A DNA stretch of 20,000 nt from Halocafeteria seosinensis (lineage: Eukaryota): the NCBI GenBank assembly GCA_001687465.1, contig LVLI01000109.1:48919-68918 (forward strand), read 5' to 3'. This document shows positions 8,763 through 17,380 of this stretch, piece by piece (the stretch's first letter is position 1; each line of letters starts with the position of its first letter). The position numbers were made by a program, and so were the translations under genes. A model generated the notes under the pieces. It saw only the letters and a program-made list of their open reading frames with translations. It ran no database searches and had not been told where the DNA came from.

Positions 8763-9158
8763 TCAATTTTTTGTTTCTATATGTTTAAGGGTAATAACGA
8801 GTGATGGTGTATTTTGTCGGACATAATCCATAGGTAAACTATCCACTTTATTAAGGAAAGGATCCCTTTCACAGTTAGCACCTAAGGAATTAACGTAATT
8901 TTCAGAATTTAAGTAATCAACATGAAGAAGGGAAGGGGGATTATCACAAAAATTCAGGGTGATTTTCTCTATGTTATCATCAGGAATATTAAAGTCATTT
9001 GTTAAGGTTCTATTGGGGAGAATACCTTCATAGTCAATACTATGTAAATAGTTTAAATCTTTGGAACAGGATAATTTTTTTACACCACAGGAGGTTAGAT
9101 ATAAAGTTGCGTTAATAAGTTGCCTTTGTTGTTGTTCAGTTATAGTGTTTTCTATCAT
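8763..9158 (-). CDS. Hypothetical protein
   Basis: 131-aa ORF with AAAATTGA 36 nt upstream. Confidence 0.7.
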   Translation of the reverse strand: MIENTITEQQQRQLINATLYLTSCGVKKLSCSKDLNYLHSIDYEGILPNRTLTNDFNIPDDNIEKITLNFCDNPPSLLHVDYLNSENYVNSLGANCERDPFLNKVDSLPMDYVRQNTPSLVITLKHIETKN

Positions 9159-9194
9159 TTTCTTGGTAAATTTTATAATTTTAAAGTTTAAAAA

Positions 9195-9234
9195 TCAATT
9201 TTTTGTTACCGGTAAAATTAAAGTAAAAAATTGA
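9195..9234. promoter_or_regulatory. Divergent pair of Mimiviridae-type early promoters (AAAATTGA)
   Basis: TCAATTTT 9195-9202 and AAAATTGA 9227-9234, each 36 nt from the next ATG; further copies at 8763, 9591, 16749, 17586. Confidence 0.8.
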
Positions 9235-9270
9235 AATTTTATTTTATAAACCTATAAACAATATACCACA

Positions 9271-9561
9271 ATGGGAAAAGTAAAAGAACAAGTTATGGAA
9301 CAAGAACAGAATGAAAATTATCAATGGTTAAAAGAACAATGGGGTTATGCGTATGAAAAAGCAAGGAAAATATTTGAACAAGGTAAAGATAAAGATCAGT
9401 TTTATTTGGATGACCGGTTTTATACAGAAGAAGAGAAAAAGAACTTTTTTGAGGATATAGAACTATTTGATTATCCAGTCTGGGAATATCTCGCAGATAG
9501 AACCATATATGGGTATTTAAGTGTTGACAAATACATTTTTTGCGATAGTGATAGTGAGTAA
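9271..9561 (+). CDS. Acidic hypothetical protein, paralog of 9636..9992
   Basis: Shared WG..Y..AR.I.E.GK, FFE..E.FDYPVWEYLA, G.LSVD.YI motifs. Confidence 0.8.
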   Translation: MGKVKEQVMEQEQNENYQWLKEQWGYAYEKARKIFEQGKDKDQFYLDDRFYTEEEKKNFFEDIELFDYPVWEYLADRTIYGYLSVDKYIFCDSDSE

Positions 9562-9635
9562 ATAAAATTGGTAATAATATAATGAAACAAAAAATTGATT
9601 TTTATATTTTTGAAGATAATAAGTAATATAAAACA

Positions 9636-9992
9636 ATGGGACGAATGAAAGACCGCTTGAGAGAACGAGAAGGTTGCCAATTTATGGTTAACACTTGGGG
9701 TGAGACTTATTTTGAAGCTAGAAGAATTTATGAAGAAGGAAAACCAAAAGAAGAATTTGAAATAGACACTAATTATACACACGATGAAAGAGAGTTGTTT
9801 TTTGAGAATCTTGAAATATTTGATTATCCAGTTTGGGAATATTTAGCAGAAATAAATAAAGAAGGATTTCTAAGTGTAGATAGTTATATATATAACTATG
9901 ATATTACGTCATTATATCCAACAGCAATGTTTGAGACTTTAAACGAACACACATTTAGTTATACAGACACTGACTCAGCACATATCTTTTAA
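9636..9992 (+). CDS. Acidic hypothetical protein, paralog of 9271..9561, with C-terminal pPolB motif A + motif C fragments
   Basis: Tail DITSLYPTAM-FETLN-EHTFSYTDTDSAHI matches pPolB DITSLYPTAM and EHTFSYTDTDSAHI. Confidence 0.8.
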   Translation: MGRMKDRLREREGCQFMVNTWGETYFEARRIYEEGKPKEEFEIDTNYTHDERELFFENLEIFDYPVWEYLAEINKEGFLSVDSYIYNYDITSLYPTAMFETLNEHTFSYTDTDSAHIF

Positions 9993-10540
9993 TCAATATC
10001 TCTAGTTAACCAACTGACTGTCTGGTCAAACGTTTTCAAACCAAACTTATCTTTTTTCTGAGTGAGCCAGTTTATAAAACCTCTTAGGGTTAAATGTTTC
10101 TTACGCCAACGTAAGACCACATATCTCCCACACGTCTCGCTGTCATTTTTGAACAACTGAAGCTGTTGGTCATTCCAATATATTGGTTTGGGGTTTTTAG
10201 ATTTAGCCACACTTTGTAGAATTAGTGGACTTTGACCTAATCGTTGGTTCTTTTTCTTTGTGTTTCCGCTTAAGGGTTCATCGGGATAATCCCCATAACT
10301 ATCAAAATAAGATATATATTTACCGTGATCTAATAGAATACACCAATGTCCGAATGATTTTTCAAATAAGTAAAGGATAATAACCGCTTTGGATGGGTTA
10401 TTTAAAATATCATAGATTGTTTTGTGTTTAGGGATTTCATTTAAAGATATAATAGGAATTTTTAACTTAGTAGCAGTTTGTAATTTTCGGGATGATAATG
10501 CTTGATGTTTTAGTTCATTTATTAATTTGCGATTGACCAT
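9989..10540 (-). CDS. Virophage/adenain-type maturation cysteine protease (right element)
   Basis: FGHW, YFDSYG, QLQ...TCGRY; colinear with 248..802. Confidence 0.92.
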   Translation of the reverse strand: MVNRKLINELKHQALSSRKLQTATKLKIPIISLNEIPKHKTIYDILNNPSKAVIILYLFEKSFGHWCILLDHGKYISYFDSYGDYPDEPLSGNTKKKNQRLGQSPLILQSVAKSKNPKPIYWNDQQLQLFKNDSETCGRYVVLRWRKKHLTLRGFINWLTQKKDKFGLKTFDQTVSWLTRDID

Positions 10541-10568
10541 TTAAATCTCTTATATTTAGAGATTTAAA
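10540..10568. terminator. AT-rich hairpin, giant-virus-type transcript end signal
   Basis: TTTAAATCTCT-TATATTT-AGAGATTTAAA directly after the stop of 10569..10721. Confidence 0.6.
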
Positions 10569-10721
10569 TTATTTTTCTGTTTCAACACTAGACTTACATT
10601 CAGAATTTTTACCACAACGACTTTGACAAGAGTATCTTTTACGAATGAGCTTATAGATAATGGGTGAAATTCCAGCACTACCCCCAATTACTGTTGTTAA
10701 GATAATGGTCAAAAGTTCCAT
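10569..10721 (-). CDS. 50-aa membrane protein with Cys motif (not in ORF track)
   Basis: MELLTIILTTVIGGSAGISPIIYKLIRKRYSCQSRCGKNSECKSSVETEK; homologous to 2128..2277. Confidence 0.75.
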   Translation of the reverse strand: MELLTIILTTVIGGSAGISPIIYKLIRKRYSCQSRCGKNSECKSSVETEK

Positions 10722-10748
10722 TCTATAATTAACCTTAGATTTTAATTT

Positions 10749-11153
10749 TCATTTAAGCTTTTGAATAACTTTTTTGTGTTGAAGTGGAGGACCATATGTA
10801 GATTTTTTAGTACCTAGTCTTCCACATGCTCCACCTTTTTTCTTACCTTTCTTACCCTTTTTACTTTGTTTTCGTTCTTTTTCTTGCTGTTTACGAATTT
10901 GTTTCTTTTCTTCTTCGGTGGCTAACATTAAATCGTCAGGATCACCTTGGAAAATTTTTGTTCCGTGTTTAGGTTTAGCACCTTTCTTGTTCAACTTTTT
11001 GAAAAAGTTAATAGTATCTTTAATATTTTTTACAGCACCTCCTCCTTTTTTACCACTTCCTTCTGGAGGCATAGCTTGACCAGATTCAGCAGATGCTCCT
11101 TGATCAGATTGAGCTTTTTCTTTAATTTTTTCAATTACTGTTGGTTTAGTCAT
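10749..11153 (-). CDS. Basic K-rich protein with GG motifs, probably 5'-truncated
   Basis: KKGGGA and KKKGGA; frame stays open ~67 codons upstream of ATG 11153 without another ATG. Confidence 0.65.
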   Translation of the reverse strand: MTKPTVIEKIKEKAQSDQGASAESGQAMPPEGSGKKGGGAVKNIKDTINFFKKLNKKGAKPKHGTKIFQGDPDDLMLATEEEKKQIRKQQEKERKQSKKGKKGKKKGGACGRLGTKKSTYGPPLQHKKVIQKLK

Positions 11154-11275
11154 GTTTGTTTTAAGATCTAGTCCTAATTCATTTTTACCAAAATTTCTAA
11201 GGATGTCTAGCGAGATTGTCTTTCCTATATCTTTATTAATTTCATCTACTGTTTGATTGAGATAAGAGCTTAAAT

Positions 11276-11401
11276 CGTCGGGTCTGTATGTCGGAGTCTT
11301 TAGACGATATCCAATATTGGAAAAATTGTGGGCATTTCGTTTGCCAAGATTGTTTCAAACAGTTAAGTAATAGTCTTTGTCCGTCGTGTAGAGGAGTGTA
11401 A
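11276..11401 (+). pseudogene. RING-finger gene 3' remnant
   Basis: RRVCMSESLDDIQYWKNCGHFVCQDCFKQLSNSLCPSCRGV*, similar to WKRCNHFVCLDC...CPICR of 1444..2031; in-frame stop at 11258-11260. Confidence 0.75.
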
Positions 11402-11411
11402 TTAAAAATAC

Positions 11412-11442
11412 AATTAAAGTTTAATATTCTTGAACTTTAATT
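11412..11442. terminator. Hairpin between the convergent RING remnant and tRNA
   Basis: AATTAAAGTT-N11-AACTTTAATT. Confidence 0.55.
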
Positions 11443-11444
11443 AA

Positions 11445-11516
11445 GATCAACGGAGGGAATTGAACCCTCAACTGCTTTGCCACAAAAAGCCGATTTTCCA
11501 TTAATCTACGTTGATC
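11445..11516 (-). tRNA. trnH: tRNA-His (GUG) with encoded G-1 and C73
   Basis: G-ATCAACG-TA-GATT-AATGGAA-AATC-G-GCTTT-TTGTGGC-AAAGC-AGTT-GAGGG-TTCAATT-CCCTC-CGTTGAT-C; all four stems perfectly paired; no encoded CCA. Confidence 0.93.
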
Positions 11517-11541
11517 TATTAACAATAATTAATAGATCACT

Positions 11542-11907
11542 TTAATCTTCTTCCAGATCATCATGTTTTTCTTTTTTTGCTTTTTCTCTTCTTGCTTTTT
11601 CTTTGATATTGGATAGCCTTTTGCTTATTACATGCTTTAACCAGCCTTCGTCTAATTTCGGTTCTAACCAAGCCAAATAATTTTTATCTATTTCCCTAAT
11701 TTTTTCACCTTTGTATTTCCCAAAAGGCATAGGTTGAAATCCGTCATCTAACCATTTCTGAGCGTGAACATAAAAAGTATTATTTAACCAACTTTCTTCC
11801 ACGTTGTTTAATAACGTGTATAAATAACTAGGGTGTTCAATTGCTACGTCTTGTAAGAGAAAACCTTTATATTTCCCGAACGAGAAAGTTATTTTTCTAA
11901 AATCCAT
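11542..11907 (-). CDS. Protein with two FGKYKG repeats (DUF3820/exonuclease X C-terminal-like)
   Basis: FSFGKYKG..L.DV...PSYL and MPFGKYKG..I.EI..NYLAWL. Confidence 0.75.
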   Translation of the reverse strand: MDFRKITFSFGKYKGFLLQDVAIEHPSYLYTLLNNVEESWLNNTFYVHAQKWLDDGFQPMPFGKYKGEKIREIDKNYLAWLEPKLDEGWLKHVISKRLSNIKEKARREKAKKEKHDDLEED

Positions 11908-11959
11908 TTTCTTATAATAATATATGTTTATTCCTCTCTAAATAGAAATTTTAATAATT

Positions 11960-12020
11960 GCTCAATGACGCCTCGGTCATTGTAGCCACGGACTACACCC
12001 CAAATACATCGCAAAGCTAC
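11960..12020 (-). ncRNA. Candidate structured RNA/DNA element, copy B
   Basis: Minus strand GTAGC...TGTAGTCCGTGGCTACAATGACCGAGGCGTCATTGAGC; same stems and CGAGGC loop as copy A. Confidence 0.45.
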
Positions 12021-12109
12021 ATGCTATAGAATTATTTTAATTCGCTTGTATCTTTCACGTGGTTAAGTTGCTTGTAGGTGCTATTACAGGGTTCGCGGCA
12101 ACGCTGTAA

Positions 12110-12313
12110 TTATAGACCTTTCGTAAAGAAAAAATCCCCAACACCACCTCCTTTTTTACTGTATTGACTTTTTGCTTGTTTTACACCCCGTTTAAAGGCA
12201 TTTCTCCTTTCTTGTTTATTAGCTTTACCCTTAATCTGGTTGAACTGCTTTTTTACAGCTTGACCAACTAGTTGGTTCCACTTAGATTTTTTTCTACCTG
12301 CTATTCGTACCAT
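12110..12313 (-). CDS. Small basic core-like protein with GG site
   Basis: MVRIAGRKKSKWNQLV...AKSQYSKKGG|G; similar to 983..1249; ATG 12313 avoids overlap with the upstream gene. Confidence 0.65.
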   Translation of the reverse strand: MVRIAGRKKSKWNQLVGQAVKKQFNQIKGKANKQERRNAFKRGVKQAKSQYSKKGGGVGDFFFTKGL

Positions 12314-12342
12314 TTTCCTATATATTATACGAAGAAAAATAT

Positions 12343-12873
12343 TTAAACTGTTTGATAACTTTGACATTTTGTTGACTTCTGGTGTCGCATTTTATTGGTT
12401 CTGGAAACTAAAGAACCACAATGTTCACATTCAACTTTTTCTGATTCACGGTTTTTAATATGTTCTTTATTCTTTTCTTTGTATTGTTTATGATAATTTT
12501 TAATGTGTTCTTTATATTTTTCCCGATAATTTTCATTATATTCTTCCTTGCTTTGAGTAGGAAGTTGTTTATTACATTTTGGATTATAGTGTTCTATTAA
12601 TTCCCGTTCTCGTCGTTCAAGTTCTAATTTGCTATTACAGGGATAGTATTCAATTAAGACCATCGTGAAATTTTCCCAGCCTCCATTTTGTCTAATTTCT
12701 TGATAAAGGGGGTAAGAATAACCTTTTACGTTCGTGTTATTAAAACATTCTTTATGATTCTTCTTTCGTTGCTTAAAGTTAGTAGTGGAACCAATGTAAA
12801 CAACTTCGGATGAATCTATCGGTACAATCTTGTAAATCAAACCATTGGAATAGTCTATGTTTTGTTTTGGCAT
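12343..12873 (-). CDS. GIY-YIG endonuclease with C-terminal zinc finger
   Basis: GLIYKI...VYIGST...R...H, LERRE; CEHCG...H...C tail. Confidence 0.9.
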   Translation of the reverse strand: MPKQNIDYSNGLIYKIVPIDSSEVVYIGSTTNFKQRKKNHKECFNNTNVKGYSYPLYQEIRQNGGWENFTMVLIEYYPCNSKLELERRERELIEHYNPKCNKQLPTQSKEEYNENYREKYKEHIKNYHKQYKEKNKEHIKNRESEKVECEHCGSLVSRTNKMRHQKSTKCQSYQTV

Positions 12874-12910
12874 TTAGTATTATTTGGTATTAATTAGTAT
12901 TAAATAAGTT

Positions 12911-15900
12911 CTAAATCATTTTGTAAATTAAATTTATATTACCGTTAGGGTACCACCGATTATCAATCAAACCACCATCTGTGGTAGACCAATTAGGAGA
13001 CCACGTCTTTTCAAACTTAGTTTGAATGATATCAAAATGCTCCACTCCTTTAGTCTTTTGTTCTTTTGAAGGTTTTAAATTAACCTTTTTTAAATGTGGG
13101 TTTGAATCTGTAATCACTGTTTCCTGTTCGTGTTCATAGATATCTCCAAATTGTTTAAGCAAATCTTTGGGTATACCCTTACATTTTAAATCATCGCAAA
13201 TATTCCCGAACTTGTCTATATAAATATAGAAATAATTCTTAGGACTGTAATTTCCTTCACACAGAATCTTACCACCGTCATCAATGTCATTACTCAAACA
13301 TCCAAGACCTGTATCAAACCAGTATTTACCATTGGTGGGATTAATCTTGTTTTCTAGTCTTGGTAAAAGTGATGAATGGATATGTGCCGAGTCTGTATCT
13401 GTATAACTAAATGTGTGTTCGGTTAGAGTTGGATCTAAAGCCTCAAACAGATTTAACATAATTCTCCTACTGTAAGAGAGAAGAAACATTCCTACGTGAA
13501 TAGGTTTATTATTAATAGTATCATCATCGTCTTCTTTGGTTCCTGTTACAGCTATCCCGTGGTTCATAACAATTATATCATTAATGTATTTATGGTCTCT
13601 CCAAAATCCAATAAAGGAATTGTAGTCATTACAAATTTCTGTTTCAGAATATCTTGGCTTTTGTAAAGTTTTACCAAATAAACTATTTAAAAAGAGCTTC
13701 GCACAAGCTCGGATACTTTTATTATAGTTAGAATCTCCATTTTCTTTATATACATCTTGTTCGGCTTTAACACGGAAAAACATATCTACATAATCCTTAA
13801 AAATATAATCCCCTGTTTTCCATTCATAACCTTCGTGAATTCTAGTTATTTCGTATCCATGTTTTATAGCATGTTCTAAATCAATATGTGTGTACCATTC
13901 TTGAGATATATTTTTGATATTCCATTGTACACCTATTCTTTGGTTCAAATGATTATATTTAGGACTAGGAACCGGTGAAATAACTAAATCACGATTATGA
14001 TTAACCATATCCACTTTTAAAAGATAGAATTTATCTAAAGTCTGTCTAGCATTTAACTTTTTCTTTACATCTTCAAATTCTTCCATTTTTTCAGGTTCTC
14101 CCATAGGATACTGATAATAGTACATAGCTGTCGGATATAATGACGTAATATCACCATTAAAAATATAATCTTCTGTATTCTTATATAATTGACGAGCTTG
14201 ATGCTGAAAATAAATACCTTCCATTCCTTTATTCCTGTTTAGTTTCTGTTCATCATAAATTAATTTAGCACCCCTAAAAGATAAACTCATATAATGCTTT
14301 TTCATAGGATAGGTTCTGCCTCCATAAGTAGCTTTCCGACAATCTTCTAACAATTTCTTTTCTTTAGGAATATGAACCAATTTTTCAGTCTCTCTTCCTT
14401 CAATAGTAGGTTTTTTATTTTGTGATTTATCAAATACCCTTCGGTTAATATCATCAGCAAACTGTGGTAAAGTACAAAAATCTAAAGGTTCATACTTTTC
14501 AAGATAATCCAATTCTTCTTTCCCGAAAATATCCGAAATAGCTTGTCTATATTTCATTACTAATTCAGCTAATCCCATAACATCTTTCTCTAGATAAGGT
14601 CCCCATTCAGGTTCATATTTTTCTACATCATCCCATGTTTTGATTTTAGAATGCTCAAAATCCCCTTTACTAACCTCACAGTTAAAATCTTTCAAGGCTT
14701 TCTTTAAACTCCCTCCTACATGATTGTTAATATCCCAGAAAACTAAATTATTTTCTTCAATCTTCATACTTAAAATTCTCCCATTATTCAGAATAATATC
14801 TTTCATTTTTACACCCTTTTCTTGTAGTTTAGATAAAATAAAATGAAAATCAAAACCTGAACCATTAAAAGCCACCGCATATTGAGGTTTGGTGTAAGTT
14901 TTTTCTTTCATCACTCCTTTTTCCTTCCCTTTATAGGTTCGTGTTATTTTAGGAATATTAATTAAATAATCCACAAAAGCATCCAAACAATTCTCTCCTT
15001 TAAATCTTTGTCTAGTCTCTGGATTCCTACCTTGTACAATATCACCCGCATAGACACGATGAATTAACTGATTTTCTGGGAAAGTTTCAAAATCAAATGA
15101 GTATATTTCATTCTCTTCCAATTTAAATTTTCGGCTTCTATCTTTCCCATACATAAACTTTGTGGTCTTCCTGTTATGAAAAGAAATTGAACGGGTTAAA
15201 CACTTATGTTGGTTTCTTTTGTCGGAATTTTTAGGGAGTTTATCACCACAAATTTCACAATAATGAAGCTGGTAGTCAAATTGTGTTATTAAAACGTAAT
15301 GTCCTTTGTTAATGGTAAAACCATCTTTAACATGGGTGTTGTCAATAAACAAAAGTAAATTCATTGTGTAATCTTTATCCGGTTCAATATTACGGACTAA
15401 CTCTTCGTGATGATTGTAAACTTTAATATTAATTTTAGCGTAGTCAGCTAGTTTTTCCAAATCTTTAAAATCTAATGGTTTTCCAGCTGGTAAATTACAA
15501 TCCCGCCTTACAGTATCACTATCTGGAATCTTAACACTTTTTAGTTTTGTTTTTCCTCTATGTGTATAGCTACGCTGAACTTGAATCTTCTTTTCCTTAC
15601 CAAATTCTTGTAAACAACGAATAGCACAATCATTTTTATCTGTTTGAGAAACAGGACTGAAAACTTTCATTGATTTGTGACTACAACTTTTAGGTTTTTT
15701 GCTTGTGTTACATCCACCCGCTCCAAATGGTTGAATATAGACAAATTCTAACCCTGTTATATAACTGAGATATGCGTTATCTCTACCATGAAAAGTTTCA
15801 CTCCTTTTTTTCAGGTAATCTACAACTTGGTCTTCCGTTAAACTATCTATCTGTTCCTGATCACTTATACTATTTATTGTTTTAAACAAATTTTGGGTGT

Positions 15901-16678
15901 AAATATTACCCAGATTTTCCTCAAACAACTCTGGAGTTTCTCCATCATGTTCAATTGGATCCACTAAAATAAGACGGATTAAAACGAAATCGTAAATAGG
16001 GTCGTATTTTCTCACTTCTCTCATAATAAATTTTGCCAAATCACGAAAACTTCGCTCGTGTTGGTAATCCATTGCTACATCCGTATTACTGGAATATAAC
16101 ACTCGATATTCTTTGTTAAACAAGAAACGTGTTTCCAAAACTGCGTTCGCAAAATGTGCTGGGCTAAAAGGTGGTGTCTGTACATCAATTTTAAATAAAG
16201 TTTCATCCTCTGGAAATGTAATACTTGCATTCTCATTAATTAAAATATTGTTTAATTTTTGTCTTAAAACACTTGTAGATTGTCGTAAATCCACCTGATA
16301 TTGTGGAAAACGCCTAAGCTGATTTTTAACCTGAGGTCTAGTTAAAGTTGATAGATTTGGGTTCTGTTGTTGGATTTGAATCCACTTTAAATAATTCCGT
16401 GCCACTGCGTTTCTTAGTTTTCCAGTTTGTGAATTACTACCTACAGAAGTTAGATTTAAAGCTCTTAATTGCCTTAAATCATTTTGTAATTCTGAACGAG
16501 TGGCATCTTTTAAATAAACCCTTAGACCATCTGGCAACTGGTTAAATACTGGTTGCCATCGGTTTACTATTATTTGTAGTTTAGCTTTTTTAGATTTTAG
16601 ACTCAAATCAAAAGGCGCTAGTCCGGTTTCTTTTAATTTTTTTACTTGATTTTGTAAATTTCTGAACTCGCTAGTCAT
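12911..16678 (-). CDS. polB: Protein-primed family B DNA polymerase with long N-terminal region (terminal protein, vOTU-like domain, Zn finger)
   Basis: ExoI FDFET, ExoII FNGSGFD, ExoIII YLEKDV, YGGR, DITSLYP, KLFLNSLFGK, YTDTDS, PKNY, KCKG. Confidence 0.96.
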   Translation of the reverse strand: MTSEFRNLQNQVKKLKETGLAPFDLSLKSKKAKLQIIVNRWQPVFNQLPDGLRVYLKDATRSELQNDLRQLRALNLTSVGSNSQTGKLRNAVARNYLKWIQIQQQNPNLSTLTRPQVKNQLRRFPQYQVDLRQSTSVLRQKLNNILINENASITFPEDETLFKIDVQTPPFSPAHFANAVLETRFLFNKEYRVLYSSNTDVAMDYQHERSFRDLAKFIMREVRKYDPIYDFVLIRLILVDPIEHDGETPELFEENLGNIYTQNLFKTINSISDQEQIDSLTEDQVVDYLKKRSETFHGRDNAYLSYITGLEFVYIQPFGAGGCNTSKKPKSCSHKSMKVFSPVSQTDKNDCAIRCLQEFGKEKKIQVQRSYTHRGKTKLKSVKIPDSDTVRRDCNLPAGKPLDFKDLEKLADYAKINIKVYNHHEELVRNIEPDKDYTMNLLLFIDNTHVKDGFTINKGHYVLITQFDYQLHYCEICGDKLPKNSDKRNQHKCLTRSISFHNRKTTKFMYGKDRSRKFKLEENEIYSFDFETFPENQLIHRVYAGDIVQGRNPETRQRFKGENCLDAFVDYLINIPKITRTYKGKEKGVMKEKTYTKPQYAVAFNGSGFDFHFILSKLQEKGVKMKDIILNNGRILSMKIEENNLVFWDINNHVGGSLKKALKDFNCEVSKGDFEHSKIKTWDDVEKYEPEWGPYLEKDVMGLAELVMKYRQAISDIFGKEELDYLEKYEPLDFCTLPQFADDINRRVFDKSQNKKPTIEGRETEKLVHIPKEKKLLEDCRKATYGGRTYPMKKHYMSLSFRGAKLIYDEQKLNRNKGMEGIYFQHQARQLYKNTEDYIFNGDITSLYPTAMYYYQYPMGEPEKMEEFEDVKKKLNARQTLDKFYLLKVDMVNHNRDLVISPVPSPKYNHLNQRIGVQWNIKNISQEWYTHIDLEHAIKHGYEITRIHEGYEWKTGDYIFKDYVDMFFRVKAEQDVYKENGDSNYNKSIRACAKLFLNSLFGKTLQKPRYSETEICNDYNSFIGFWRDHKYINDIIVMNHGIAVTGTKEDDDDTINNKPIHVGMFLLSYSRRIMLNLFEALDPTLTEHTFSYTDTDSAHIHSSLLPRLENKINPTNGKYWFDTGLGCLSNDIDDGGKILCEGNYSPKNYFYIYIDKFGNICDDLKCKGIPKDLLKQFGDIYEHEQETVITDSNPHLKKVNLKPSKEQKTKGVEHFDIIQTKFEKTWSPNWSTTDGGLIDNRWYPNGNINLIYKMI

Positions 16679-16798
16679 CTTATATATTAAAGAGGAAGAA
16701 GTTTCTAAATGCTATATTATATAATAATTATATAAATTATTAAAATTCAAAATTGATTTTAATTTAATTTAAAAACATTTTAATACATAAACATACAA

Positions 16799-17352
16799 AT
16801 GGTAAACTATCAAAACGGATTAATTTATAAGATTGTTCCTCTAGATTCCTCAGAAGTTTATTATGTGGGTTCAACTACCAATTTGAGGCAGAGAAAACAA
16901 TGTCACAAAAACATATGTAAAAACCCTAAACATAGACACTGTAATTGTTTTCTTTACAAATTAATAAGAGAACAAGGAGGATGGGATAACTTTACTATGG
17001 TCTTAATTGAATATTACCCCTGTAACACTAAATTGGAACTTGAACGACGAGAACGTGAATTAATAGAATATTATCAACCGAAAGGTAATATACAAATTCC
17101 AACTAGAGCCCAGAAAGAATCTTTAAAACAATACCTAAAAAAGACAAACTATTATAAAAACATTACGAAAAGAATAAAGACTATTTTAAAAACTATTGTA
17201 AAGTATACCACGCAAAAAATAAAGAACATATACATCAATATAAAGCAGAAAAAATTGAATGTGAACACTGTGGTTCTCTAGTTTCACGAGCAAATAAAAC
17301 ACAACATCAAGGGACAAAGAAATGTCAAAAATATCAACAAGAATTGAATTAA
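16799..17352 (+). pseudogene. GIY-YIG endonuclease, frameshifted near 17156-17160
   Basis: N-terminus close to 12343..12873; homologous Zn-finger tail (EKIECEHCGSLVSRANK...KKCQKYQQELN*) continues in another frame to TAA 17352. Confidence 0.85.
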
Positions 17353-17380
17353 TATTAAATTAATTAATTCAATTTATACT

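Noticed and set aside
9899..9990. Diversity-generating retroelement template/variable repeat pair with pPolB
   Set aside because: Mismatches are not confined to adenines and no reverse transcriptase is present
11960..12020. SRP/7SL Alu domain (TGTAGTCC..GCTAC resemblance) or known ribozyme
   Set aside because: Similarity is only ~15 nt, with no SRP helix 8 motif; no hammerhead, HDV, twister or pistol core could be built by eye
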